A stretch of DNA of 52,991 nt, the filler included, from Bilabrum cf. latius (Eukaryota): NCBI GenBank assembly GCA_965178125.1. It is 2 parts of 2 records of this genome, joined end to end, with 100 filler letters (N's around TTAATTAATTAA, not from the genome) between each part and the next. Parts side by side here need not be neighbours in the genome. Positions count along the whole stretch, not along the records: positions 1 to 26,468 come from CBCXTV010000033.1; 1 more part is not named here. One strand, written 5' to 3'. Positions within the stretch are counted from its first letter, which is position 1. Each line of letters begins with the position of its first letter. The notes beneath the pieces are model-generated. The model made no database searches. It was not told where the DNA came from and saw nothing but the letters and a program-made list of their open reading frames with translations. Of this stretch, positions 1 to 13,393 are shown in pieces. A program made the position numbers and the translations under genes.

Positions 1-289
1 TGCGGCCCGCCCAGCCAAGAATGCCCGAACGAGCGGGCGTCCTGCCCAGACGCGGGGCGGGGCCGCGTCCCCGTCAAAGCCGGCCCCAGCTGGCCCGCTG
101 TCGGGGGAACCCACCGGCGGCGCTACCGCACCGGCGGCCCGTAGGTCCGCGACCAAGCAGGGAGCGCCTATCGGCGCCCAACCATTGCGTGCGGCTAGGT
201 CGCGCACCCAGTCGGGCGCCCGTCCTAAGGCCGCATCGAGCCGGCCGCTAAGCAGAGCCTGGCGGCTGCCGAAGGGCAAGGCGCCCCCT

Positions 290-1172
290 GGCCGGCACGG
301 CCCCGAGCGGTCGGCCCGCCGTCGCGGGCGCGCGCCACACTTGAGACACAAGGACGCCGCCGCGCCCGTGCCATCAAGGAAGACATGTCCTCGCCACCCC
401 GGGAGGGAAGTCCCACTGCCGGCGACGCCCGCAAGGCCGGCCGGTGCCATCGCACCGCCGCCCCCCGACGGGCGCAAGCCAACCACTCCAAGAGGCGCCC
501 CCGCTCGTACCGCTAGGCTTCCACGAAGCAGGGTTCCGGCGCCACCGGCGCAACCACCGGGCACCGGCGTGTCGGCGCAAGTCGCAGGAGGTCCGGGCGC
601 ACGCTCATGCCGCAGCGGACACAAGCATGCCCCCCGGGCACAAGCTGTACATCATGTCGCTCCCGGGTCGTAACGACCCGCCGGCGGCATCCCTGGCCCA
701 GAGGGGCCAGCCACGCCGCCGTGCCACGGACAGCCACTCCGCAGCGCCGACACTGCGCCAGCCAGGGCACAGGGCCCTGTGTCGGGACAGCCCAGCCCGG
801 CGACGCAACCGGCCCGTAGGCGGGCTGGAGCTGATGAACACCATCGTGCTCGACCAGCTCCAGCCGCGGGCGCACAGCACGCCCAGCCGGGAGCGGGCGG
901 CCTAAGCGCTTGCGTCCCCTGAGCGCCCAGCGGGTGCCCTGGCGGTTGGCTTCGACCGCCGCACATTCAACACGGCCTAACACCGTGTGCGCTGCAGGCA
1001 GGCCAGCCAACGCCTGAGCCCGACGCTGTCGCAACGGCCACGGCACCGCCGCCGTACGAGCCAGCCCTTTGGCCGCCGCATCGGCGAGATCATTGGCCAC
1101 CCAGTCCACGACCGCATCGGGCGGGACGTCATCCGCTCGCCGATGCGCTTTGACCTTGACAACCGTGAAATA
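290..1172 (-). mobile_element. 3' fragment of a non-LTR (LINE) retrotransposon: RNase H C-terminus followed by three His/Cys zinc-binding modules
   Basis: Minus ORF 513..1910 reads FTVVKVKAH...WVANDLADAAAK, matching the RNase HI motif VKAH..GNE.AD..AK. It continues H..CRRCG..C and HDVQLVPGGHACVRCG..C. A third module, GHVFLDGTGAAASLCLKCGA..C, lies at ~390-290 in another frame. The fragment is cut at ~1172 by the composite repeat. Confidence 0.6.
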
Positions 1173-1174
1173 GA

Positions 1175-4100
1175 AGCGCGAAAAACACACGCGGCCCACA
1201 ACGAGCCCCAACTGTGGGCACCGACAAGAGCGACCCTCTCGCCCCGGCGCGGCGCAAGGCAGGCACTGGTGTGGCCAACAAGCACTAAGCGATGACGCCC
1301 ACAGATGCGAGCTGAGCCGCCTTGTGGCTCCGTCCGCGGTGGGGCGCCCCTCGCCTTTGCGGGACGCTCGCCTCAACGCCAGTCGCGTCCGCGCGACAAG
1401 AAACGCGACGACCTCGTCCGGTTCACCAAATCGGACAGAACGTGGGGTGCGGCGGGCCTCGGTTTGGTGCGCAAGCGTGGCGCCGGACGCCTGCTGCGAC
1501 TCCGCCACCGGGGGGCGGCAACGGCGGGGGCTCCTGCGGGGGCAACTCTGCCAACGCCGGCACCGGCCCCGCCGGCACGACCGGCACCTCTTGCGGTGCT
1601 GGAGGGGGTGGCGCCGTCTCGGGAGGCGGCGAAGGCACGCGCCGCGGCGGCGTGGCCTGCGGCGGGGAGCTTCGTGAAGATCCGAGGGGCCCGTCTTTCG
1701 GCAAGTGAATGCTGAGTCGGGGTTTGTTTTGCTGTTTTTGTCGTCCCTATTGGCGCCTGGCGGGCGAATACCATTTGGGACCTCCATAGGCTCGTGGGAG
1801 CCTGAAGGGGGACCTGGGGGCCGGATGGAGGCATTCGTGTGGCCTCCGGGGGCAAGCCAACATCCGAGACCCACGAGGATGTGCCCACAACTAGCCCAGA
1901 CCCCCCTCAATCGGCGACAGCTAGCACAGACACCCCCTCAACCGGTGGTTCCGTGGCCGGACATGTGCGGACAGCATGCGCCTGGGAGACAGAACACGTG
2001 CGCACATAACATAAGCATCCGAAGGACACCTATGTACACACAATGCTTCCACCTCGGCGGAAGTCCGTCCTCGAGTGTGCTCTATGTCCAACCGGTTGAG
2101 ATTTTGCAAATTTCCACAATCTGGGCGGGTACCCGCACACGGGAAAAACGGAGCCCCAAGATCACTTCGGCTGGAAGCTGTGGCTCATGGCACAGTCTTG
2201 CAAATTTGTGGCGCCGGACACGTGCGGGAGCTCCGCCGCCGGGAGGGGCAAGCGCGAAAGCTTTCGCGGAGGTTCCGCCGGCGCAAGCGCCGGCCCCGCT
2301 GGCGGGACTGGCAACTCTTGCGCCCGCGGAGGCGGTGGCGCCGCTTCAGGAGGCGGCGGAGGCGGCGGAGGCACATGCGGCGGCGGTGCCTGTCTCGGGA
2401 AAACGCTTGGTGAGGACCTGGGGGGCTAGCCTTTCGGCAAATTAGTGTTGAGTCGAGTTTTGTTTCGGCGTTTCGTTGGTCGTTCCTTTGGCGCCTGGCG
2501 GCGAACGGCTTTGGGACGACTGTGGGCCCGTGGGAGCCTGAAGTGGGACCTGGGGGCCATGTAGAGGAAGTGGTCGGTTATGATGGGGCGTCCGGAGCCC
2601 GCAAACATTGGCGGGGCTGGGAGTCGCCTCTTCGGCCAGAAGCTGTGGCACATACGTATAGCTTTCATACGTACAACGCGCGGAGTGCGGATGTGAGGCT
2701 CCCAATGCCACCACGCGGCAAGTTTTTGGGGTGTTTGTGCCGACACGAGTTCCCTCTGTGCAAGTCTGCCGAAATAGGGGCTGCGGCGCATGGGGACTCA
2801 AGCGGTGTAGGCAACTTATCCAAACCGGATTCCGCGAGCGATTGCACTGCTCGTTTCGAAAGATGTGCCGCCCTTCTAACATCGGATGTGTTTCACCAGT
2901 CCTCCACAGCGAGTTCAAGCCGTGGGCTCCGGCAAAGGCTTGAGCTCAACGGCGGCGCTCCCTGAGGCGGGGAGCGCTTTGTGAAGAGCTGGGGGCTGAT
3001 CTTTCAGCAAGCACATGTTGAGTCGGACATTATTTCGCCGCTTGTTTTGTCGTTCCTGTTGTCGCCTTGCGGACGAACATCTTTGGGACCTTTAGGGGCT
3101 CGTGGGAACCTGAAACGGAACCTGACAGGGGACCTGGCGGCTAGATGGAGGCATTCCTTGGGCCCTCAGGGGCAAGCACACACGTGTCCATGGCTAGCAC
3201 CAGCTCCCCCGGTGGCCTCGTCGCCGGCGACGACTCCATGGCACGCAACGATCCTGCCGCTTGGCAAACGCACCTTCCCAGCGCATTGAAGTTCCACTGG
3301 GTTTCCCAACTGAACCCCGCCACGAGATGGCACAGTACACATAGCATTCCTTAGCATCGAGCCTGCGCAAGTGGTGATCCCTGCTGCGAAGGCCAACGCT
3401 TGTCTACTCATGATGCCGACGGTATGCTTCTGCAAAGCAGCGGACATGTGCGCGCACCGCATGAACATCCGAAGCATGTACACCCAGACACAATGTTTCC
3501 ACCTCGGCCGAGGTTGGGAGTTCGCCTCATTCGCCCCGAGACTCTGGCTCATGGCACGTTCTTGGGTTCGACGCGTGAAATGTGGATGTTGGGCTCCCGA
3601 TGCCACCATGCGGCAACTACCTGAGGTGTCTGTGCCGACAAGATAGTCTGAAGCGTTGCAAGTTGCACAGGGTTGACGGGATGATTTGCTGAGTGGGCTG
3701 CGGCACATGGGGACTCAAGCGGGGATGGGCCACTTATCCAGAGACGGCCGGACTCCGCGAGCGACTGTCACGTCCGTTTCGAACCATGTGCCACCGCTCC
3801 AGAACACGCAATCAGCTAGGTTCCAACAACCCTCCATTTCCGAAGAGGCCGCATGGTGGGTCCACCGGTGGTGCTGCGGTGAAGGCAACAAGGCCTCAAA
3901 CTGATCCACGCCATCCTGCGCACAGTCCTGACTGTACAGCTTTTCGGCTGCTGACAACCAACCGGGCCTCATTCCAACGAGGCGGAAGGCTCACACCCCA
4001 GCGAAGGCACCGGTGCCCAACTCGACTAATGGAGCGCGCCATGGTCCGCGCAAAGACCAAAGCAACATACAGAAAGGCCGAAGGCATAAAACCCTCGACA

Positions 4101-6290
4101 AGCGGATGCGCGAAACTGCCCCGTGAGCGATGTGGAGCCAAAGACATGGCGATGGGCTGCCGCATTAGTCAGCCGTCCGCCGGCCACATCTTCAATCCGC
4201 TGTTTGTGAGCTCCAATAGCGCGACGCTCGTTCAACAACGGGCGAGGGCAACCACGAAGATACATGCGCCAATGAACCACCCGCACCGGCGCAACGTCCG
4301 GCTGCATACCGCAGAAGCACGAAACACACACCGGCCCACAACGAGTCCCAGCCACGTGCGCTGTTAAGCGCAACGTTCTCGCCCGCCCGGGCGACAAGGC
4401 GCAAGGCATGAAATGGTGCGGCCACTAGGCAGTGGCACTGCCAGTCAAGAAGCTGGCCGCCAAAGCCACCTTGTGGCTCCGTCAGCGGCGGGGCGCCCTC
4501 ACCGTTGCGGGACGCTCGCCTCAACGCCAGTCGCGTCCGCACTGCACGAGCCGCGACGACCTTGCCCGATTCGCCAAGCAAGACAAGAAGTGATGTGCGG
4601 CGGGCCTCGGCTCGACGCGGAAGGGTGGCGCCCGACGTCTGTGGCAACTCCGCCGGCAAGGGCAGCAGGGATGGCGCCTCGTGCGGCAGCTCCACTAGCG
4701 CGGGCGCCGGCCCCGCCAACAAGGCTGGCACCTGCTGCGCCGGCGGGGGTGGCGCCGCCTCAGCAGGAGGCGGAGGCACACGCCGCGGCGGCGCTGCCTG
4801 AGGCGGGGAGCGTTTGGTGAGCATCTGGGTGCTAGTCTTTCGGCAATGCTCGTTTTGTCGATCCTCTTATCGCCTGGCGGGCGAACGCCTTTTGGACCTG
4901 TACGGGCTCGTGGCAACCTGAAACGGGACCTGCCGGCTAGATGTAATGGCAAGCAAACGCCCGAGACCACAAGGATGTGCCCATGGCTAGCACCAACCCC
5001 CCCTGGTGGTTTCGAGGCCGGCGGCGACACCATGGCAAACAACGTTCCTGGCCGCTTGGCAACCTCACCTTCCCGGCGCATTGAATGTGTTTCTTCAACT
5101 GGTTCTCCCAACTGAGCCCCCGCAGTAGCATCCGAAGTATGTGCACCCAGACACCGTGTTCCAACCTAGGCGGTACGCCTCTTCCCGCTAAGCTTAGGAG
5201 CGTGCGCGCTTTGTCGTGATCCAGGCCGATACTGGCAGATGCTCTCGATCCTGTGTGACACCTTGGGTGCGAGAGCCACGGAGGCAACTGACATAAGGGC
5301 CACTGGTCCACTGGCAGCCGCTGGCATTGGACGTCCGGGAACCTCAGGTACACTGGCGGGGCTGGGATTCGCTATTCACCCGAGGATTGTGGCTCATGGC
5401 ACGGTCTTGGGTCCGACGCGCGGAATGTGGATATGGGGCCTAACGATGGCACCATGCGGCAACTACGTGAAGTGTCTGAGGCGGCAAGATTGCCTGATGC
5501 TTTGCAGGTTGTACAAGCTTGCCGGGATGGTTTGCCAAAAGGGATGCGGCGCATGGGGGCTCAAGCAGGGGTGGGTAACCCGCGAGCGACTGCAATGCTC
5601 GTTTCGAAACACTCGCGGCCCTTCCACACACTAACACAAACAACAAAACGGGTTCCAACAACCCTCCGCCTCCGAATGGGCCGCATGACTCGTCCGCCAA
5701 TGCCGCATTCGGCGCAGCAACGCCTCAAGATGGATCATCGTTTGAGCGGACTCCTGACAGCTCAATCCGCCGGCTGCTGAAAGCCAACCGAGCCTCATCC
5801 CCGCGAGGCGGCATGCGCACACCTCAGCGAGGGTACCGATGCTCGATGCGAGCCATGGCGCGCGCAAGGATCCGCACAATGACCCAATGAGCATACAGTA
5901 CGAGATTACCCCCCGTGCGTTTCGAGCGCGAACACATGGCGACTGGCCGGTTGGCCCGCCCATCGGCCGGTGCACCCCAACACCGGCGGGGGCTACCTAT
6001 GCAGCCGCACACCGCGGAAGCTCGAAAAGCACACGCAACGCAAGGCGAGTCCCAACCGTGGGCGACGTCAAGACAAACCCCCCGAGCTGGTACTTCGGCA
6101 AGTGAGTGCCGGGGCCTTATTGCGCTTTGGTGCTTTTCTTGTCGCTCCTGTTGGCGCCTGGCTGGCGAGCGCCTCTGGGACCTCAATGGGCGTGTGGGGG
6201 CCTGCAAGAGGACCTGGCGACCAGACTGACCTATTCATGCGGCCTCCGGGGGCAAGCAAGCACCCGACACCGACAATAATGCGCTTATGG
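1175..6290. repeat. Block 1 of a degenerate composite tandem repeat family
   Basis: The landmark CTTTCGGCAA (or a one-base variant), followed by GTTTTG..GGCGCCTGGCGGGCGAA..GGGAGCCTGAA..GGACCTG-like sequence, recurs at 1695, 2431, 3001, 4837 and 6093. The sub-unit GGGACGCTCGCCTCAACGCCAGTCGCGTCCGC occurs at ~1361 and ~4510 and also matches block 2. Confidence 0.85.
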
Positions 6291-6299
6291 CTGTGGCGG

Positions 6300-8720
6300 A
6301 GGCGCGAGGCTCCCTCATCTTCACCCTACACAGAGGAGCTCCCCACAGAACGGATACCAAGCTGCCGCATCTGTGACGCGGAGACGAAGGCCGCACCGGG
6401 ACCACTTGCGAATGCAGCGGATGGTCGCCAAGCGGATGGGGCCGCCGCGACTGCCTGGCCATCCGCGCGCCCGCGCGCCCCGCCCGGCTGACACCCCGGC
6501 GGGCAACGCAACCGGCGGGCGGGCGAGTCGGCGGCCGAATTCGCAGTATTCCCACGAATAGCGTCCGAGGTCTGGGTTCGGGCCGACCCCACTTGCCACG
6601 ACCCACAACGATTCCTCCAACCACGCAAGGTGCGGCCGTTCCGAACCACCACGCATACCAAGTCCAACTTGCTTTCGAGCAACGGCGAAACTGTGAATGC
6701 CGATGGCGTTGCTCGTCAACAAGGCGGCGCGAGGGTGGCAGAGGGGGGGCAGAGCGATTGGCAATGTGCGACAGACGCGCTCACTGATGTCCATGGATGC
6801 CCACGCTTTCGCCGCCATTGCTGTATGCCCGGCCCACGGCGGGTGGCAAGGGCGGACGGGCCTTAGTGCAAAACCAGACTGGAGGTGAGGGCCGTCGCCG
6901 GCCGGCCAAGGAAGGGGGGCGGGTTCCTAGGGCACCCCAAGGGGTCGTCCAAGCCAATGGGCGGGGACGGAGCCGCGGTGGGCGGCAAAGAGTAAATCAC
7001 CGCGAATCAGTCTTGGATACGGGTGCTCACCGGACGTACTCAGCCTCGGGTTCGCCAGAGGCGCGCTCAAGGCAGCAACCCATCGTCTGCGCGCTCGCAC
7101 CGCAAGCGGGGCTGGGCGCAAGTGGGCCGCGCGATCGCCGATGCGGTCGCGCCTCGAGCTCTGTGACACGGCACAACATCCAGCGCGCTGGAACGGCCAC
7201 GCCCCGCAAAGTAAGCCCCAAGTCCACATCGAGATCGCGCAACTGGGTATCCCCCCACGCCCCGCGTACGGCCACTACGTTGTCAAGCACGTATTGGCAA
7301 CTAATCACGAGTGCGGAGACCTGCCGACCTGCGCAAGTGCCCGTGCCACCCACCCCACTGCGGCAAGCTTGGCGCGAGCGAAGGTCTGGCGCTGTGGACC
7401 CCCTGCGCCGGCCCGCCCTTGCGCCCGTCAGTTCTTGATGACCTCCTCTGTCCGACCTGGCGCCTGGGAGGAGCATGTGCGGACCCGCGTTGGCGCGGCA
7501 AGGAAGATGGGATCCGCTCTTAGAATGCACCGCATCAAGCGAGAAGCCGGAGCCCCCCTCCTGACTGCCGTGCAAAACACGCCTCCAACAGAATGGTCCG
7601 CTCGGGCACTCGGGCCAAAGTCTCATCTCTGGTGAGGCGACGCCGGGTGAACGCGATCATGCCAATCGCGCGGGGCCAAGGCCGCCCGAAGGTCAGAAGC
7701 GAGGGGGACTCCCTGTCGGGACGGAAAATGGGGTACGTGAAGGGGGCGCCCTTGACACGCGATCCGCCTGTTGTACAATCTCTTGCTCTCTTCCTGCTAC
7801 TCACTCGGCCGCCAACATCTCTGCACCAAGTGACCAGTCTGCTTCCAAGCTAAGCATGCAGTGTGACCGACCTGACTCCGAAGCCGAGTCCGTCTGGAGG
7901 TTGTGATTTGGAGGGCAACCAGATTCGAGAGCGGACCTTTCGAAACAGTTTTTTCTACCAAGAGTAAGCTGCATCCTCGCACCATGCGCAACCAAGATGA
8001 GCAAATCTCGAACGATGAACTCGCATCCGGGGACGCGACACAAGCATCGGCCAATGGTCAAGTAGCAGACGGCCCGGAAAGCGAAAGCCCAAGCCCGAGT
8101 TGGGCATGTCTGGAACAACCCCGCACGAAAATGCGGGTCTCGAGACCAAGGCGTTGCCAAAGTACAAGGATCCCGATCTGTTCCTATGGAGCTTCTTGTC
8201 ACTAACGAAACCAACTGGCATGGGCTCTCCGGGCTCAGACCTGAAGCGACTTCCGTGTCAGTGCATCGCCGCGCCATGGCGGAGCTGATCTCATTTGCAC
8301 GGACGCTACCGGAGCCTCTGCGAAGGCTCTTCTCGCGCGATGCGTGTTTCAAGCTCGAGCCAATGACAGACACAACCCCCTCTCAGAGCACGAGCACAAA
8401 GTCTGGTATCGCCATCGCGTGTCTGCACGCGGCGTGGAAGGCAAAATCGGCTCCTCGAGGCATCACCCACATCTCCCCGCTGAGGCATTCGGACGCGCTC
8501 CACCCCACACGATGAAACCATCCCCGCAATATCCGAAGCTTCACTCGCATCGATGGACCAAAAGAAGTGCCTGCCCCCCCCAAAAAAAATGAACACTTGG
8601 TGAAGAGTCTGTCGCGCCAAGACGCCAATGACCCATGAATACGTCATAAGGGTCCGAAGGCGCGTGTTGAGGATTTGCTCCTGGGCGGCATTCACTGCCG
8701 GATCTAACGCATCCGGTGCA
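6300..8720 (-). pseudogene. Possible highly decayed LINE (RT-RNase H) remnant
   Basis: Frame-shifted traces on the minus strand in LINE order: GVLA/FTKC (~8610), MPRGADF (~8460), SVRANEIS (YADD-like, ~8300), IFLAA/GSAH (~7490), GPAQGVH (~7405), VISCQYVLDN..DVDL (~7300-7220). Each motif is weak on its own. Confidence 0.3.
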
Positions 8721-10044
8721 CCTTTTTTGTGAAGGCGTCCGGGGCAAAGTCAACAGAGAACCCCTTCATGCCACGTTTGTCGCTAAATCTACAGACTGCC
8801 GGTGTCACGCACAGCGACGCTTTTGGCGGGCATGTCCGACAACGACCCGCGCCGGGGACGCGCAAGTCCGAAGTTCCGCGCGGCTGGCGCTCGCGGCGCA
8901 CACAGTCACTCTGGCCCCTTGGCGGCCTGCGGTGGGCCCGGCCCGGACTTAGAGCTCGGGAGGCGCGATGCCGCGCGGTCGGCGCGCCCCGCCTTCACCT
9001 GGAGCATATCTCGCGCACGCTGCCCGCTGCATTTGACCTACGCCGACTGCGCCGAAGAAAGCCGGTGTCTGACTCCAACACAAGCGAACCCCCGAGGCCG
9101 TTTTGAGACTCCGCGCTGGTTGCGAAGCCTGGACTGGTAGACAAGCGACGCAAAAACTCCTCGTTGCCGCTCGCGTCGCCTGGTGCAAGTGCTTCTCGAG
9201 AAGATGTGTCAGCCGGACTTCTTAGCTTGCTCGTGCTTGACTTTCGCCGTCTTGACTGACCACGGGATGCGCGAGGCGAGTATGGACGGATCGCACACTT
9301 CCGACCTCTGGCCCGACTCCCCGGGGGCTCACCGGCTACCTATGCTTGGACTGCGTGGCAGGACGAAGGTCAAAGCGACCCCCGGCGCACCAACTCAAAC
9401 TGAGCCCAAACCTGGTTCCAAGCAAAACCTCCAAGCGCCCTGAATCTTTCTTCGAAAATGCCGGATCGCTATCGGCCGCAAAAGCTCCACTATGCGCTAG
9501 TTACTGATTCACTGGGGCGAAAGCAATTGGCATCTGTAACACTCGCCATGGAGTGGCCCGGCTCGAGGTAATGAAAACATGGCCATGCCATGCGATGAGC
9601 CGGCATCGGCCGGAGTCTGCCTGAAAGACTTTTCCTGAAATCGGCCAGAATCGGTCGGAATCAACCAGCTTCGATTTAAATTGACCAACATCGCCGATCG
9701 GCAACCCAATGCGCCGTCCGCGCAATGCATTGGAAAACACTGGCCTCGACCGCCGCTTCGGGTGTGCGAGCATGAAGCTTCGACCACAGAGCCGCATGCT
9801 GCCATCGACCGGCGGGCATGCTGCCAAGCGACTCTCTGAAAAGGCGCCGCACAAGCGGGATCGCTTGTACCCGCCGAGACCTGCCTGGATCACAGACCCC
9901 GGGCGCACTCGCTTCCTCCGACAAACTGAATGCGCAGATAGCTGCACGGGCGAACACCTCCGCCCGGTGCGTCCGAGACATTCCGTGCTTGTGAGAAACA
10001 TCGAAAGACCTCTCCACACATCTGTGACAACGACGCTGCTTCGT

Positions 10045-10495
10045 TATACCCACCTTTCTTTGTTTTGCGCTTCCACCCTCTTGTCTTACGCCCCCACCCT
10101 TTGTCTTACGCACCCGCCCCCTTGCCTTACGCGCCCCCCGTGTCCAAAGGGCCCGCCGCTTGTCTTACCCTCCCCCGTTGTCGTACGCGCCCCCTGCTTG
10201 TCTTATGTGCCCGCCCCTTGTCTTAAGCCCCCGTCTTCTGCGCTCGCTCCCGCCGCATTGCCTCACACATTATCCCCCTCGTCTTGCGCGCCGCCCTTTG
10301 TCTGACGCGCTCGCCGCATTGTCTTAGATTCCCCCACTTGTCTTACAAGACCGCCCCCGTGTTTTTAGCGCCCCCCCCCCCCCCTTGTTTAATACGCCCG
10401 CGCCCTTGTCTTATGCAACCCTCCTTGTCTCACACACCCCCCTTGTCCTACACGGTCGCCCCCTTGTCTCGCACGTCCTCCCTTATCTCACGCGC
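10045..10495 (+). repeat. Minisatellite, ~19-20 bp period, core CCCTTGTCTTAC
   Basis: TTGTCTTA-like cores at 10081, 10101, 10122, 10160, 10198, 10218, 10298, 10319, 10338, 10407, 10425, 10443, 10464 and 10483. Confidence 0.85.
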
Positions 10496-12393
10496 AAGCG
10501 CCAACCAACTTGTCGCATGCGGCCCCGCTTGCCTTGCCCGCCGCCCGCTTGCTTTTCACCCCAAGTGTACCAAAACAGATGAAGCCATGACCAATTGCCC
10601 CGAACATATTGGTTGGGGCGCAAGCTCCTGAATCGACGGATCTTCGGTCGACGACGCGACGACGAACCGGTGTCCAACTCCTCCGCCACAACCAAGAACA
10701 TAACTAGCACCTATGTAATGGTGTGCGGCTTCCAAGAGGCCGATGGGTGAGGCCTCCCCCATGCAAGCACATCCACCTGAGGACCACAAACTTCAAGTCT
10801 CGACGGAATCGCCAAAATAATGATTGGCGAGCCGACACGCAAAGTCAAGCGCGCGTGAGATTCTTGGACTTGCTGCTTTGGAACCCCGAACCGCGGTCTG
10901 ACGGTGTGACAAGCCCGCAACAAGGTTCGTCAACGTTCAAGGGATTTCTTGCACCAAGCTTTCGCACTACGCCGCCTCCATGGATTTAACTTGCGTTGTG
11001 TGTAACTCAAAGGAGGGAGCCATGTGAATGTCATGTCGAGGTTGCGGTCCACTCCATGACCTGAAAAAAGGCCTCGTCCAAAATGCACATGGAAGCGAAG
11101 GTGCAAAGTATTGCATGCTGTACTTCTGCGCATCCGTTGCCTCTGGCCGCCATGCATGCGCCGTGGTCGGCCGCCGACGCGCCCTCGTGATCAAAGCCCG
11201 CGCCGGTCACTGGAAGGACGTCAAGGTCGCCGTCTTCGCAAGCACCTCATGCGCAGAACGCGCAGCGCCATCCCCAACCACACCCGACTAAAGACGCTTG
11301 AGGAAAATGCCAAGAAGGCGGTGCGATCTGAGGGGCTCATCCACAAAGCCCGATTCCTGCGTCCTTACAGAGATGTGCGGGAGCCCCTGGGCGAGCCCAA
11401 GCTTCTGGCGGCATGGGCAAGCGGGCGGGTGGTCTCATGTGCGTGCATGTGGTCTGTAGCTTGGGCGAGCGGGTTGGGGGTGGGCAAGCCTACGGACAAA
11501 GACCATCGCGCCGGCTGTCGGGCGACCTCACAACCAAGTCTCTGGTATCGTTCGCCCCCTACACTGGGCGGAGAAGCCGAGCGCCTGCGGGGTCCCCGCA
11601 TCAACTCCCACCGGTTGCTTCAAGGAAGCAAGTGGCGGGCGTTGCCGGGGGGTCGCGTTGAACACTCGTCCATTGCCATGGAACTTGCGCTGGTGCTGAC
11701 TTGGGGCGGTGACCATGCTTGTCTTCGTTGTGGTGCTAACGGATGGTGGCGGCGGCGGCGGCTACAATGCTGGCGGTGGTGGGTGGGTCGTGGCGATGGG
11801 TGATGGAAGCGGCGGCTGTGGTGCTTGTCTTGGTGGCGGATGGTAGCACTTGGCTGCAAGGTGGTTCAATTCTGGCGGCATCACCCCGGGGCAACACTGC
11901 CATACACGCTCCGGCGGGATCGAGGATTACAACGGCACGACAAGCCGGCCAACAGACGCTCGTCCCCTCTATCACAATTTCTGGCGCGTCCTCCAAATCT
12001 TAAGCATGCGCCCCAAGAACATACGCTGCTCGCAATCATGCTGGCGTTTCTGTGCGGCGCAGACAGTGACACCAAGCACACCTTCAAGGAAGTAATTTCA
12101 AGCATTGATGACCTCGATGGGCTTTGGTAAGGGCGGCTCCGGTACATGGCATCACAAGTTCACCATGTGCGTATCGAAGAGAATCGTGAAACGGCCGCCT
12201 AGGGCTCAAAACCTTGTGCTTTGCACATCGCTGAGGGAAACATGGTCACTGGCGGAAGGAACTGCACGTCGCATCACACGTTTGACGACATGTGTCCCGG
12301 AGTGACAAGAAGCCTGAACATGGCTGTTGTCGGTCGACATGCGGTACGGCGTTGGCCCTTGAGACTCTCGGGAGGCCAAGTTTCCTAACGACC

Positions 12394-12541
12394 GTGGGGG
12401 GCCCCGCAGATTTCTTAAGGACACTGGGGGGCCCGGAAGGCATTTTCCTAAATACTACACTAGATAATACATGACTCTACTAGATATACTAGATTATACT
12501 AGATTATCCTAGATTATGTGGGCCCGGCGGGGGGCCCGGCG
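12394..12541 (+). repeat. AT-rich CTAGATTATA tandem repeat flanked by GGGCCC boxes
   Basis: CTAGAT(T)AT occurs five times between ~12460 and 12518. GGG(GGG)CCC boxes lie at ~12396, ~12426, ~12520 and ~12528. Confidence 0.7.
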
Positions 12542-13360
12542 GTGCAAGTTGCATGGCAAACAGTGACTTCGCCTACAATATGTTTGACCAACCTGGACAA
12601 CGACTGCGCCCTCGGGTTCGAACGCTGGCACACTTAGGGTGCGGGGATCCATGCATGGATAATCTGCCAGAGGGATCACGGACCAGTCTGGTCGGGTAAC
12701 GACCCTTTCGCAAGCTCGCGTCGCTCACATGCACGATTGCGCCAATGCTGTGCTGGCTGGCGAGCCGCGTCGCGCGCGATGAGCGCGTGGCGTCGCGGAC
12801 CTGCCACTGCGTCTGCTGGGCTGCCTGCCCGTTGCTTGTGCGACCGACTGCCAGACCATGCGCGCCCCGGCCCCTGAGCGCCTCGCCATCGATCCAAAGC
12901 GCCCGGAAGAGCGCGAGCTTTGCATCGCCGGACAGCACGATCGGGGCCATCGGGTGGCCTCCCACACCACACGACGCCCGCTGAGACAACACGCTGCGAC
13001 GGCAATCGCGACGCTCGCGCGCAACCTGGGGAAACACCCAAAGCGTATGCGGAGCATCGGCCCGAGGGCCCCGTTTTTACTCCTCATGGGCACATGTTTC
13101 TTCGGCTTCTCCGTCAAGACTGACTTCACTTGCCCAGACGTCGTGGCGTTTTGACAAATCTGGCCACTGTCGACCACGATTCGCCGCGCGATTGCACAAC
13201 TCGGACAGCCTACAGAATCTCAGGTAGGGCCCTCCCACCAATCGCAAGCAGGGGGCGTTTCCAAAGAAACTACTTTCGGGAAACTGCTCGGGCTCGGGGG
13301 GCGCTTTGCGGCTGCCTATTTTGGGCACGTCTCCCGGCACCAACTGGGAGTGCGAGGGAC

Positions 13361-13363
<3 letters not shown>

Positions 13364-13391
<28 letters not shown>
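13364..13391 (+). repeat. (GA)n microsatellite
   Basis: Perfect GA dinucleotide run. Confidence 0.95.
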
Positions 13392-13393
<2 letters not shown>

